Source: Octopus vulgaris
Taxonomy: Eukaryota
Direction of reading: 5' to 3'
NCBI GenBank assembly: GCA_951406725.2
Contig: OX597827.1
Coordinates: 57,908,001-57,972,000, forward strand
Length of the DNA stretch: 64,000 nucleotides
Made by a program: the position numbers and the translations under genes. Below the pieces are notes generated by a model. The model ran no database searches. It saw nothing but the letters and a program-made list of their open reading frames with translations, and was not told where the DNA came from. Of this stretch, positions 1 through 13,078 are shown one piece after another (position 1 is the stretch's first letter; the number at the start of each line of letters is the position of its first letter).

Positions 1-218
1 AATAATCCTCTCAACTATAGTAAACACAAAGCCAGCAATTAAGTAAGGGCTAGTCAACTGTATTGACCCTAGTGTTCAATTAGTACTTATTTCATTGACC
101 CCAAATGGATGAAAAACAAAGTCAGCTTCAATGGATTTTGAGCTCAGAATGTAAAGATGGATGAAATGTTGCTAAGCATTATCTCTGGCATGCTAATGAT
201 TCTCCTAGCTCACTATCT
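1..218 (-). mobile_element. tRNA-derived SINE with Nin/Deu-like central domain, decayed
   Basis: Shares 'tacttatttcattgaccccaaatggatgaaaaacaaagtc...ctcagaatgtaaag...gctaagcatt...gctaatgattct' with many copies in the window. Confidence 0.75.
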
Positions 219-449
219 TTGTTACTAATTTTAATGATGATGATTATAATAATGTGAGTGAAGGTGAAAGTAAAATTAGAATTAAAAATTAAAAAATTAC
301 CTCAGAATTACAATAACATTAGCATTAATACTACTAATGCTAAATAATATTTTTAAAAAATTCTAATTATAATAATTATAGTTGTCCCAATAATAAAGTG
401 ATTATAGATAATCGTATTCTTGTTAATAGTAATAATAATCATTATTTCA

Positions 450-637
450 CATTTCTGCTACAAAAGCAGCTTGGGGGAGGTGGGGATGAGTTGATTACAG
501 CAATCCCAGTGTTCGACCCCAAAAGGATGAAAGGTAAAGTTGACCTCGGCGGAATTTGAACTCAGAATGTAGCGATGGGTGAAATACAGCTAAGCATTTC
601 GTCCAGCATGCTAATGATTCTGCCAGCTCACCACCTT
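450..637 (-). mobile_element. tRNA-derived SINE (same family)
   Basis: Reverse complement carries A-box-like TGGCAGAATC, B-box GAGTTCAAATTCC and the 'cctttcatccttttggggtcga' central domain. Confidence 0.85.
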
Positions 638-1409
638 AATAGTAATAATAATAATATTGATAGTATTACTAATAATAGTATGATAAATTGGAATACTAAT
701 AAAAAAGACTATTGTTAATGGTTATTTATCATGTGATACAAATAATAATTGTAGAATACCCAACAATTGTCCTCTGAGAGGTCATTACTTACAACACAAC
801 AGAAGCATTGTTTATACTAAGCACTTGAATTTGACTAAAGTATATACTGGATTGTTCACTGATTTGAAAAGATGCTTCTTAGTTCATTTTCTAATATTAA
901 ATTTAAATCACCCATTGCATTAGCAAATTATGTCCATCACCTAAGGACTAAAGAACATTTCTTATGAGATTACCTAGTCTATTCTAACATCGGGAAGATA
1001 GTGGAACTACATGCAATTTGTGTAGCAGGGAATCTGGAAATATTATGGAGATATAATGGAAAGTTGAAATCTTCTCTTTAAAAGACAGCAGGACACTATG
1101 ACATTCTGCAGACATTGTTTTTCTAAAATGTTTTTTACTATAGATCAATATACTCCAACACCATTAGATAGCTATTATCTATATTTTAACCTAATACCCT
1201 CATCTTAGGTTCTTCTTCAGCAGTTTTACTTATAATTAGAGTAATATCATACCTTTATACTTATGGTACCTTAAATCTTCATAAATTGTAAATTATAATC
1301 TATATCTAATGTCCTATAACTTTTAGCCTTCTATATACATTTCCTCTTTTACATTTCTTGTTATTTTCCTTCATTTTTTTCATCCTATTCTATTACGATG
1401 TGTAATACA

Positions 1410-1828
1410 GTTTTTGTCCTTGGGTAGCAACTGTTACTTCTTATTTGCTTACTCTTAGAAAGCATGAGAAATGGTTAATGTTTCCTTCAAACTTTGCTTC
1501 TTTTTTACATTTATTCAAACTCCAAAGGATCCCTTTCAACACCCACCACTTCTGCTCATAATCAGAAATGCACATATTATCAGCCACTAAAGGACATGTT
1601 CAAGCAACAGACAAGCAAATCTGTGGTAATGAGCAGAATATTTGCTATAACAATATTTCTGCTTCTGTAACTCAACACTGAGTCTATCTGAAATGTAATG
1701 GAAAATAGGTCGTTTTCCAATAACTTCCAGGTAATAAAAGCAAAGTTTGAAGGGAATGGTAATCATTTCCTTTGATTTCTAGATAGAAACAAAAAGAAAA
1801 TAACACTTACTGACCAAAGAGGAATTAA
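1410..1828. mobile_element. MITE-like element with ~90-bp degenerate terminal inverted repeats
   Basis: 1455-1500 'tagaaagcatgagaaatggttaatgtttccttcaaactttgcttc' is the reverse complement of 1737-1785 'aagcaaagtttgaagggaatggtaatcatttcctttgatttctag', and similarity extends outward. Confidence 0.6.
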
Positions 1829-2529
1829 AAAAAAAAAAATTCATTAGTGTTATTTTTCTCTTCATTATTTAATTCTTTACATTTTTACCATACCTCCTGC
1901 CCTACACAGTCTACACTCATGAATATTATAGTGTATTTAGGCCACCCAAAACTATTCTGCCACTCACTTAGAAGTGGAGCCTAAATTGTTTTTCTTTCTT
2001 TCATGCCTTGATTTTGTCTTCCCCAAATTTTGATTTATGACATATGTCAATTAGTCTGATTCTTCATAACTGATCATCACTTACCCTTTCTTCTCTGTTC
2101 TGGATGTGTTTGCCTTTTCCCTTGTTCTTTCATTTTTCTCTAATTTTCTCACCTCTACTCACCCCCACCTACTTTTGCTACCATCACTATTTATACAACA
2201 CTTCACAAACTGGCCTTTCTTCCATCATTTATTGATGGTGCCATACTCTTAAAAACAAGTGTGTTAGATAAATCATTCTGCCACACCTCTTTCATCATCT
2301 GAAGGGAAAATTTGGGGGTTCAAAGTCTTTCTGTTTGTTTAATGTGTATTACTAAATTAATATGCACACTCATTTGCATAATACACATTATCACATCAAC
2401 CAGTTGCTAAATTTTTGAAACGTGTAAAGAATTATCTAGGATTACTTTTGTTTTGGTTGTTATATTTATGATTGTTTACATAACACCTATCTCTTTATCA
2501 CACTATATTTATATATATGCATATTTATC

Positions 2530-2569
<40 letters not shown>

Positions 2570-2653
2570 TACATACATATACTAACACACACATATATAT
2601 ATACTTACATATATCACATATATACACAAACATATTTATATATATATATATAT

Positions 2654-3112
2654 AGAGTTAGTCTAGATGAGATGTAGTTTGGTTTTGTGCCAGGGAGAAG
2701 CACCACCGATGCTATATTTCTTAGGAAATACCTAGCCAAAGAGAAACCTCTGTACTTGGCGTTTGTTGACTTGGAGAAGCTTTTGATAGGAACCCCTGAT
2801 CACTTATCTGCTGGTCAATGCAGAAACTAGGGATAGATGAGTGGTTGGTGAGAGCTATACAAGCCTTGTACAGGGACGCTACTGATAAAAAGTGAGGGTG
2901 GGCAACAAATATAGTGAAGAATTCAGGGTACAAGTAGGGGTTCACCAAGGATCGGTCCTCAGCCCCTTTTTGTTCATCATAGTCCTCCAGGCAATAACAG
3001 AGGAATTCAAGACAGGCTGCGCCTGGGAGTCCTCTATGCTGATGACCTTGCTTTTATAGCTGAATCACTACCTGAACTAGAGAAGTTCCAGGTATGGAAG
3101 TAAAGTCTAGAA
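2654..3112 (+). pseudogene. RTE-clade LINE reverse transcriptase fragment (stops and frameshifts)
   Basis: RVSLDEM*FGFVPGRSTTDAIF...KPLYLAFVDLEKAFD...VGVHQGSVLSPFLFIIV...LYADDLAFIAES. Confidence 0.93.
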
Positions 3113-3365
3113 TTATTTGTTTCACACATGATATTGAGATTATATGGGTTTTATTGCATTTCTAGTAATTTGACATCAAGAAGATGTCACTGACCCACAA
3201 GGATTGCTTGTAGGGTTCGAATTCGCTCACTTTTCATGAACATGGTAATGCTGGCGAATGCATCTTTATGAAAAAAGTATGATGCACGTGCAAAACGTTG
3301 ACTCATTGGGTATAAAAGGCACTCAAATTTACCATCCTGTCGTTCATTTCCTGAATGCAGCAAGC

Positions 3366-3568
3366 ATGCCAAGACTTGCATGAATCAGAGGGAGCAAGCC
3401 ATCAGACATCTCCATGCTGGTCAACATCCATAGGTCATTGCTAATGACTCAAACTGCAGTATTTGGACAACTGAGTGGCTGAGAGAACGATACAACGCCA
3501 CAAACAGTACAGGTGATCATCTACGCAGTGGCTGAGGGTTACAACGGCACATCAAGATCGCCATTTAT
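3366..3568 (+). pseudogene. Tc1-like transposase N-terminal HTH fragment
   Basis: MPRL/MNQREQAIRHLHAG...LRERYNATNSTGDHLRSG*/RVTTAHQDRH, similar to Tc1 'QRERAIGML.AG...DRPRSGRPRVTT..QDR'. Confidence 0.8.
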
Positions 3569-3945
3569 GCATGTGCAAACACAGACAGACATATTTATAT
3601 ATACACAGATGTCTTTACATATGTGATGTATATACATATCTAGGCATATTTCTCAGAGAAATAAGTACTATATGGCAGAGCAGTATAGCTTGAGTCATTG
3701 GATAATATCAATGTTAGCTTAGGATTGAAAACAACTAAGTGGAAAAATAAATAGAACAAAGAGATTAAAACCAAAAATAAAAAAAACTAGCTGGTAATTG
3801 ATGAATGTGATGAGAACACCAAAATAATTAGTTTTAAAAAATAATTAAAGAAATTGAGACAGAAATACTTAAAATGTATATAATAATAATATATATAAAA
3901 AAAAACAAAAAGAATAAAGCAAACAGTAACAGACAAATCACTTAC

Positions 3946-3966
3946 TACTAGCAGATTTTGGTGTGA
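3946..3966 (-). CDS. Candidate 21-nt symmetric (phase 1/1) microexon of the REEP gene, encoding (V)TPKSAS
   Basis: ctggcttgtttttcag|TCACACCAAAATCTGCTAGTA|gtaagt. Consensus acceptor and donor, frame-preserving, no stop. No homology support. Confidence 0.4.
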
Positions 3967-4792
3967 CTGAAAAACAAGCCAGAAGTTTTCTGTACAATAC
4001 AAGGCAGTTGTAGGGAGTCTAGGATAAAGTGTTTCATATTGAAATTAGAAACAGAATATTAAAATGAAATGGCAGAATTAATGTAGAGCAATAATCTGAA
4101 AACTGAGTAGGGAACAAATGTTGCTATGGATTTGAAGAAAATGTTTGATGGAAAGTAAAAAGTTCATGTTGGAACAGTTCTCAGATGTTGAGGATTTGAA
4201 ATGGTTGGTTTCATTCAAGTTGATTTTATTCATCTTAGAAAAAGCATTAGCTAAAAAATAATTTTAATATATAAAGGACAACAATAAAATAATATTAAAA
4301 AAAAAAAGCAAATCACAGGAATATTGCCTAACTAATATACAAGTAGCTGTTTCAGATTGCTCTAGGGCCAAACTATTTTTGTTTTAATTTTAAATTAACA
4401 TTAGCTAACTTTGCCACAAACTTTGTAGTATAGCTGTCCTTCCCATATATCTTTTTAAAAAATTCATATAACGTTTATAAATTGGCAATATTTCTATTTA
4501 GGCTAACTTTATACTACAGATTTACAGCTTGAATTTATTACTTCCAGCATCACCCTAAAGGTTACATAAGTATTTTTTCTTTCTTATATTGCTTTTGCTT
4601 TTTAAACTATTACAGCTGTTAGGATTATGTACCCAAGGCTATTTCCTTTCTGATCACAATTTCAATAAATGGATGACAAATATCATACACAAGGAGAAAT
4701 ATTTAAAATAGCAGAATGATTTGGCAACATCCACACATATAAAAAGGCTTAGTACAAATAAAATTTCAAAATTGCTTTTAATGAACTCTTAC

Positions 4793-4925
4793 CTAATTCA
4801 TCTTCATCTTCATCATTTTCAGGAATCGATCCAATTCTGTTTCTTGATCGAGGTTCGCCATACCCATCGGACAAATCACTCATACTGTAGCTTTTATATA
4901 TATGATTGGCAATCCGGGCTTGGCC
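4793..4925 (-). CDS. REEP: REEP1-4 subfamily gene, next coding exon (133 nt; start of cytosolic C-terminal tail)
   Basis: ttaattttacag|GGC CAA...GAA TTA G|gtaag. GQARIANHIYKSYSMSDLSDGYGEPRSRNRIGSIPENDEDEDEL; 'GQ...KSYSMSDL' matches REEP1-4 'GQG...RSFSMQDL'. Phase 0/1. Confidence 0.92.
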
Positions 4926-6154
4926 CTGTAAAATTAAGAATCAAAAGCAGACAGTGTAAAATGGAAATCAATAATGAAAATGACATCAAAAGCAATATTG
5001 TTGATGAGGAGCAACACTGTAAGGGGAAAAAAATGGAGAAATTAATTCCTAAGGCTCTTTTCTAGTTTGACATAAAAGAAGAGGATGCTTAGAATTTAAA
5101 TAGATTAAATAGCAGACAAATGACAGTAGCCACTTCAGTTAAGCTCTGCTGCTGGTCATAGCCATTATGTATCAATGACCTAGAGTTTCAATTACTCACT
5201 TAAGGTTTCTTTAACTGTTAGACATGGCTTTATCTGTCATTTTGACTTTATGAAAATTAACTCAAGTTCTGTCTTCTATCCAGCTGACTTCTCAGCATAA
5301 ATCTTCTCAATCAACGGCAACAATGGTAGGTCTAAATTGTAAGTGGTTACTTTAAGTGTATTCTTGGAGGGGAAATGACACACTTTCAAGATATGCAAGC
5401 TGTACTACATTCTTAAATATTTCTGTTAATGCTGAGTGGACTAACTAATTATAACATTTGCTTTGTGTCCTAACTTTATGCCTAACTGAATAAAAAAAAC
5501 AAAACAAACAAAAACCCTGATTGTTTTAAGAATCTAATGCATAAAACAAGTGTTTCTTCACAATTTGAAATGAATAAAACATGCAAACAATCTCAAGTGT
5601 TTGTAATAAAATCTTTTATAAATCTCAATTTCAGAGACAAGAGACCATATTTTTCAGTAAGGTTTCTCAGGACCTGAGCACATGATGACAAAGCAGGTTT
5701 GAAAAACTTAACTAAAATTCCTGAAATTGTATTTGATTCATTAAAGACCAGTCAATTTTTTGAGCTGATAGATGTTTTCTATGTTCAATGTTAGAAATTT
5801 AATATTTTTGGTTAAAAAAAAAAAAAAAAAGAAAAGAAAGAGAAAGGAAGTTAACTGAACAGACAATGTAGGAAATAGAGAGGCTGTATCTATAAATACA
5901 AGAGCAGGCACAGCTGTCTAAGATTTTTGATAAGTGTCTTGAGTCCAACAATGGCTAGTGAATGGGAGATGGTTCATGGAAAGTGAGCAGACTGTCATGT
6001 GGATGTATTCATACAACACACAGACACAAATTTATCTAAGACACAGGTGAACATACATTATAGTGGAGGCAGCAATGTCTAACTCCCTTATTCAGAAAGC
6101 CAAAAATGGAGAGAGGACAGTAGAAATGCATCAAAATTATTTTAAAAATCGATC

Positions 6155-6215
6155 ACACATGTATTCACATATACATATATACATACATGTGTATGTATAC
6201 ATAAATTATATATAT

Positions 6216-6249
<34 letters not shown>

Positions 6250-7130
6250 ACATACTTATATATATACATACATATACATATATATATACACATACATATA
6301 TATATACACATACATATATATATATATATATACATACATACACATACAAATATATATATATACATACATACACATACATATATATATATATATACATACA
6401 CATACATATACATATATATATACACACATACACATACATATACATATATATATACACACATATACATATATATATACACATACATATATATATACATACA
6501 TACACATATATACATACATATACATATATATACATACATACACATATATACATACATATACATATATATACATACATACACATATATACATACATATACA
6601 TATATATATATACATACATATACATATATATACATACATATATATATATACATACATATATATATATACATATACATATATATACATACATATATATATA
6701 TACATACATATATATATATACATACATATACATATATACATACATATACATATATACATACATGCATACACATACATGCATACACAGATATACATACACA
6801 TACATATGTGTATATATATATATATATATACACATATATACACACACAACTATATACATATGTACACACACAAATATATACATATATACACACACACAAA
6901 TATATATATATACGCATACACAAATATATATATATACACACAGAAATAAATATATACACACACACAAATAAATATACACACACACACACACACAAATATA
7001 TATATATATATATAAATATAGATACATACATACACACAAACACATATATATACATACACAGATGTATGTATAGTGTTTGTAGAAATGTTAAATATCTTAT
7101 AAATAAATATACAAACACACACCACACACA
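6155..7130. repeat. Compound (TA)n/(CA)n/(TACA)n microsatellite, ~1 kb
   Basis: Direct reading; source of the Y/I/H/T-rich pseudo-ORFs. Confidence 0.97.
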
Positions 7131-8475
7131 CACGAACTTAAATAATTCTTTGATATTTTTTTTAAAAATTGGTAATGTAATAACTATCAATAAAGTGCAG
7201 CAGTGGTGAAGTACATTTAATACCAGGCAAAACCATAAGTGTGGGATTACAAAGTTACACCACATAAGTTTTGCGTTACAGAAGTCTGCAATGGAAAATG
7301 CAAGTAATTTTATATCTTTATTATATAGGCATAATTGTTATTTCCAGCAGACTGAAACACACATACACACAATAATAATCTCTAACACAGGAAATCATTT
7401 TAGTTACTGTTTTGACATGAACTGTCAGACTAGTGCATAGCAACAGCCTTTGAACATGTCATAAACAATAAGCATATGAATGCTGGCTGTAAGTGCAATT
7501 CATGTTAAACACAATACGTTATACAACCAATAAAGTGTTCTAAGCATTCCGTGCCTAGGCACCTAATACAATTTTCTAGAGAAATATTGTATATGAAAAT
7601 AAAGTATCTTCACAAATTCCCTGATACTTGATCTAGTTTTCACAAACTTCCATTATAACATATAATCCTTTATACGAATCAAAACTTTTTTTTGTGATTA
7701 TATGTAGAAAATCCACATCATACAGCAGTTGATACACGTGATTTAGTAAAGCGTATATGTTATTCGTCTGCTCACAGCTTGACTATAAAACATTTCATTT
7801 ATTAGTACCCCGACTACTAATTTTAAATGCCTCTATTAATCTCATCAGATATTTTGTACAGATCACACTGAAAGAAGCAAAAGTAAAACTATATATATAT
7901 AATTTTGAAAGGAAAATTTCATCGTAATAAATTGATATAATAAATGAATAACATTACAATCTTAATTCAGATAAAGGGTGAGTTACCTCCCTTGTATTAC
8001 ACTAGCATTTTTCAGATTTTTATTTCAATTATCAAAAAACACGAAGAATAAAATTTGATTATTTTTTTTCTTTCTCTTGAAATATGAGGAAGACTAAACG
8101 TGGTAGAAGCAAATTTATTTATTTATTCTAAGTATCACTAAGTTCAGCTGTGAGTGAAATCCCACAAACTGTAAACAGACAAGCTGGGTTGCTTTGCAGC
8201 TTTACAGCAGATTACAATAAAATTCTGTTTCTAGGTGGAGGCGCAGGGTGGGAAATGTTCGTTATTTTATATAATGGAAAACGATGTAGTTTAAAAGCTA
8301 CAAAAGTTTGGTTCAAAGCAATTTAAAAAAACAAAAACAAAAAACAAATACTCTAAAACGGCATGGTAAAAGAGAAACAAGATTCATTTTTAAGAGCTAA
8401 CATTACTGTTAAATTGCACCCATACATACACACACAGCACAGTACTACTTTAAAGTAGATGTTACATTAAAAACT

Positions 8476-8511
<36 letters not shown>

Positions 8512-8717
8512 TTCTCTAGACATCATGTGATGATTTTGTAAATAAGTATCATCATCATACAAATGACTGTTCCATGATGAAATATTACCTTGCTTGGAAA
8601 ACAAGTGATGGTTAATAATAGGAAAGACATCTGATTGTAGAAAACCTGCTTCAAGAAATTCTGTCTGACCCATGAAAGACATGGAAAAGTGGACATTAAA
8701 CGATGATGATGACCATC

Positions 8718-8753
<36 letters not shown>

Positions 8754-8754
8754 C

Positions 8755-9200
8755 TAGCTGAAGAAAGAGGCAGTGCCCATGGCCTTTGCCAGCCCTCCTA
8801 GACTGAAGAAGCTGAAACCCTCAGTGTTTCTCTCTCTCTAAGCAAACACCTGCAGGAAAGATAAGAGTAGGAAGGTAATTCTCGAGGGCTGACAATGTAG
8901 GAAGGAAGGACTGGCTATACTGATTAGTGCATGACCTGGTGGGATTGACTACAAGGATAATAAAGAGAATTGAGTGGGATGGCAATGCCTGAATGGAGGT
9001 GGCATAAAAGCTAGTCAGTTACAAAAAGAGAACTGAGTGGGATGGCAATGCCTGAATGGAGGTGGCATAAAAGCTAGTCAGTTACAATGAGCAAAGGCCA
9101 AAACAGTTGCAGCAGAAAAGGCAGATAAAGAGAGAGAGAGATGATAGTACTCCTGTGGACAAAAATCAGGAGTTCAGTGAATAACATTTCGTATACTAAT
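8755..9200 (-). mobile_element. CR1/Jockey-like LINE 3' end remnant with an internal 63-bp tandem duplication (8962-9087)
   Basis: Minus strand resembles the LINE ORF2 C-terminus (..MPPP..CTNQYSQSFLP..LPTLIFPA). Unit 'aaagagaaYtgagtgggatggcaatgcctgaatggaggtggcataaaagctagtcagttacaa' occurs twice. Confidence 0.55.
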
Positions 9201-9559
9201 ACTTATACGGCCCACACTGCAAATTGATTGGATTTATGAGCAGAGAAAGTGTAAGATTATGAGCTTCCTCTAGTTTTGTCTCATTGAGGACTCTATTCAA
9301 CGTTTCTCATGTTGGTACCATGAGAAAATGTACTCAGAACTCTCTACAAAGTGGTTGGCATTAAGCAGGCCATCCAACTGGAGAAACAAGGATGAATAAC
9401 ACACAGGAGTACCAAGACTTTGATAGCAGTTGCTCACAATAGAGGTGATTTGGACCATGATGGTTTGTTCATTTCATGACAGCATGGAAAGCAGATGTGA
9501 AATGATGTTGATGATGGTGATATATGTGTATGTGTATAAATACATACAGATATATACTG

Positions 9560-9773
9560 ATTTCAAATTTTGGCACAAGGCCAGCAAGTTTGATGGGAGG
9601 GTAGAAGTAGATTACATTGACCCCAGTGTTCAACTGGTACTTATTTTATCAACCCAGAAAGGAATAAAGGCAAAGTCAACCCTGGTAGAATCTGAACACA
9701 GAATGTAAAGATGGATAAAATGTCAATGAGCATTTTGCCTGGCATGTTAACAATTTTGTCAGTTCATTGCCTT
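9560..9773 (-). mobile_element. tRNA-derived SINE
   Basis: 'tttcaaattttggcacaaggccagcaag...ctggtacttattttatcaaccc...gcctt'. Confidence 0.85.
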
Positions 9774-10165
9774 ATGTACCGATATATATAATTTCTTTTG
9801 TAGGAATGATACACCAGAATACTATTAGAATAGGAATAGATTCATAAGACTTATGCTTTTCCAAAGGAAATGCATAAACATTATGATAGGGAACTGGCTT
9901 CAACTAAGATTGAAACGAGGTTGTAAAATCAGTCAATACTTTTGAGAAATTGCAGCTAAACTATAATATGAACATTGAAGGTTTCTGATTTAGGTACAAG
10001 GTCAGCAGTTTTTTTTTGTTTTTTTGTTTTTTGCGGGGAGGATATTAGTCAATTACATGACACCAGTACCTAACTAGTACTTTATTCCATTGGCCTTGGA
10101 ATGATGGAAAGTAAAGCTGACCTCAATGACACATGAACTCAGACAGTAAAGAGCTAGAACAAATA

Positions 10166-10753
10166 CAGTAAATCCCTTGACTATCGCAGGTGTTACGTTC
10201 CAAAACCCCCTGCAATAGGTGAAAATCCAAAGTAGAAACAGTACTGTACTCTATATTTTATTATTATTATCATTTTTATAATTTGTACTGTATTTAATGG
10301 CCTATAAGATGTGTGAGTGCATAGGATGCACCCTAGCCTAGGCTATAGTTTTGTAAAATAAATTACCACTAAAATATTTTAATTCCTCCACTTACCTGTA
10401 TAACTTTATGTTATTACCGGTAATTGTAAGCAATTTATTGCATCCACATTTGATATAAACATATTGTAGGTGATTGTTCACCAATAGATGGCAGCACACA
10501 TTTTGTAAACTTACATAACCGCTGATATATAATTTCAGCCAACAGTCGCGAGTTTTGAGCCTACACTGAGTGCATTGGACGCAAGGGGATTTTTAAAGCT
10601 ATTTTGGGGATAAAAAAAGGTGCGTCTTATAGGCCATCAAATATGGTATATATTTATTTTATTATAAATGCAAAACAACACCATGGAAGAAATGATGTAA
10701 GCTTAAATAATAAACTATGATAGGTGAACCCACAATATGGCAAGAGATTACTG
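10166..10753. mobile_element. pogo/Tigger-like MITE, inserted into a SINE (~9980-10803)
   Basis: TA|CAGTAAATCCCTTGAC ... GCAAGAGATTACTG|TA inverted termini with TA flanks; SINE sequence resumes after 10755. Confidence 0.75.
10288..10646. mobile_element. Tc2/pogo-like MITE nested in the Tigger-like MITE
   Basis: TA|CTGTATTTAATGGCCTATAAGATG ... GCGTCTTATAGGCCATCAAATATGG|TA. Confidence 0.8.
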
Positions 10754-10814
10754 TACCACAATGTAGCTTTCTGAAGTTCTAATGATTCTACCAATTTATG
10801 CCTTAATAATAATA

Positions 10815-11192
10815 ATGGTTTCCAATTCTGGCACAAGGCCAGCAATTTTAGAGGGGTAAGTCGATTACACCAATCCTAATGTTTAACAGACACTTATTTT
10901 ATTGACCCTAAAAGGATGAAAGGCAAAGTTGACCCCAGCAGAATTTGAAATCCGAGTGTAGACAATTCTTTCTACGGCATTTTGAACTTAGAATGTAAAG
11001 TCAGAAGAAATACTGCTAAACATTTTGTTCAGTGCAGTAACGGTTCTGCCAGGTCACCACCTTAATGATAACAATAATAACAATCCTATATACTGTAGGC
11101 ACAAAACCAGCAATTTCTGGGGAAAGGTAAGTCAATTATATCGACCTTGGTGCTGAACTGGTACTTATTCTATCAACCCTGAAAGGATGAAT

Positions 11193-11227
<35 letters not shown>

Positions 11228-11321
11228 ACCTTTGCAGAATTTGAACTCAATGTAAACACACAAAAAAAATACTACTAAGCATTTTGTTTAGCATGCTAAC
11301 AATTCTGCCAGCTCGCTACTT
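10815..11321 (-). mobile_element. Two tandem tRNA-derived SINE copies (10815-11063, 11083-11321)
   Basis: Same family motifs, separated by (AAT)n tails. Confidence 0.8.
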
Positions 11322-13078
11322 AAATAATAATAATAATAATGGCTTCAAATTTGAATAATAAAGATGATGACAATGATAATAATAACAGCAGCAACAATAA
11401 TTATATTTTACATTGGAACAGAGCCATAAACTAAGGAGACAGGATAGAGTCAATTTAATCTACCTTAGTGGTAGATTGGGATTTATTTTATTGGCTACAG
11501 AAGGATGACAGGAAAAGCAAATTTTGATGATGATAAATCATAGTTTCATTTTTTGAATGTAGGCAAACTATTTGTAAGAGAAAGGGATAAAGGTGATACT
11601 AATTATTCCATTAGCATTACTGCTATCATTTCATTAACACCAGAGAGGCTGACATTGAGAATAACATACAATAAGAGAATCATAAAGTATTACAAAAAAA
11701 TGAAAAATTTCCAAATTGAAGCAAATTAGAAAGTTGATATTGATAAAGGAATTTTGATAGTTTCTATTTTATTTTATTTTATTTTTTTTAAACATTGATT
11801 TATAGGAATTGAAATTTTGTAACGTTCATGTTTCTGCAATCCAAAGAAGAAAAAAAAAGTGATTAAGAAAAATCACCAGAAAGACGGTAATTTCTCACCT
11901 TATCTTTAAAAAAAAGTGTTATTAAAAAAAATATATATTATAAGAGTTAAATCTGAGTTAGGAGGAAGGAAAAGGGGTTATTAAAGCAAGGAAGCAATAA
12001 GAAATTAAGTTGATGAGAATATGAGAATATAGGAGCTACTGTAGCAGCTGCAGTAGCTAAAATGTTTTATGAAGTCCAGAGTATAGATTTAGCAGTGGAA
12101 TAAAGAGCATCAGAGAGAATTGTAACTATAGAATTGTAGAGATTATGGTGCTTCAACCAAAACTAGAAGAGGCAGTAGTAGTTTATGCCAAAGCCTTCTT
12201 GCTTCGGTGAGTTTCGCTTGAAAATCAGGCTCTGATAACCAAGTTGTGATACTAAAATAACATTCTGATACTTCTACTACTTCTACTCCTCTGATACAAT
12301 AATAGCAAGCTAGAGTATTGGACATATAAGCAGATAGCGAAACTGAAGGAGATAATTTCTATTTCTGAGAAGGATTTGTTTATGTAACATTGGAACTAAT
12401 CATAGTAAAAGTATTATTTTTTATTCATTAGTCTGAAAAGGCAAGGCAGTCAGTACCTATCGTATTTTGGTAATGGTTACATTTTGGCAACAGTGATTTC
12501 TTCTGTAGTCACGATGTAATTGGTTTAGATGAGGGACAGTAAGTGAAAAAGTGGTGGTTTTAATGCTTCTGCAAGAGTTAGTAAATGTGCAAGTGAAAAC
12601 ATTCCTAACTGGAATAAAAAAAACGGGTCATGGACTCTGTTCATTGAAAAATTTCTACCACCCTATGGCATCCGCATGATAATAACAAGCTGCAGTAAAT
12701 TTTGCATGCAGATGTGCATATCAACAACACAGACACACATGCACACTTGTATACATACACAATGTTTTTTATGTGCACACCACATGTTTCTGGGTGTTAA
12801 CTTTAAGGGTAAACAGGTTTATTTAGTGAGTCAAATTCTGACACCTAACAATTTTAGCATCTGTCTATGTTCTCAGAAAACCTATATGAGTCATATAATA
12901 TATAACCTAAAATATGTATAACGTATGAGCTTTAATGCATGATATATGAAAACAAACAAATCCAAGAATGCACTGTACTAGTTATAGATATAACAGTGTG
13001 TTTGTGCACATAGGCATCTTATTCAAGTAATGACTGTAACACCATTACAATTTTTATAGAGCTGTATTGGTAAAATTA

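Noticed and set aside
2084-2298. Possible next REEP exon (ttttcccttcag|ATGATGAA... to AGG|gtaagt)
   Set aside because: The phase-1 reading stops after DDERGVAE and shows no REEP similarity; unsupported without transcripts
4721-5065. 114-aa plus-strand ORF
   Set aside because: Antisense shadow of the REEP exon at 4793-4925
6063-7265. Long ORFs of 133-366 aa on both strands
   Set aside because: Translations of (TA)/(CA) microsatellite, which lacks stop codons; Y/I/H/T or C/V/M/Y low complexity
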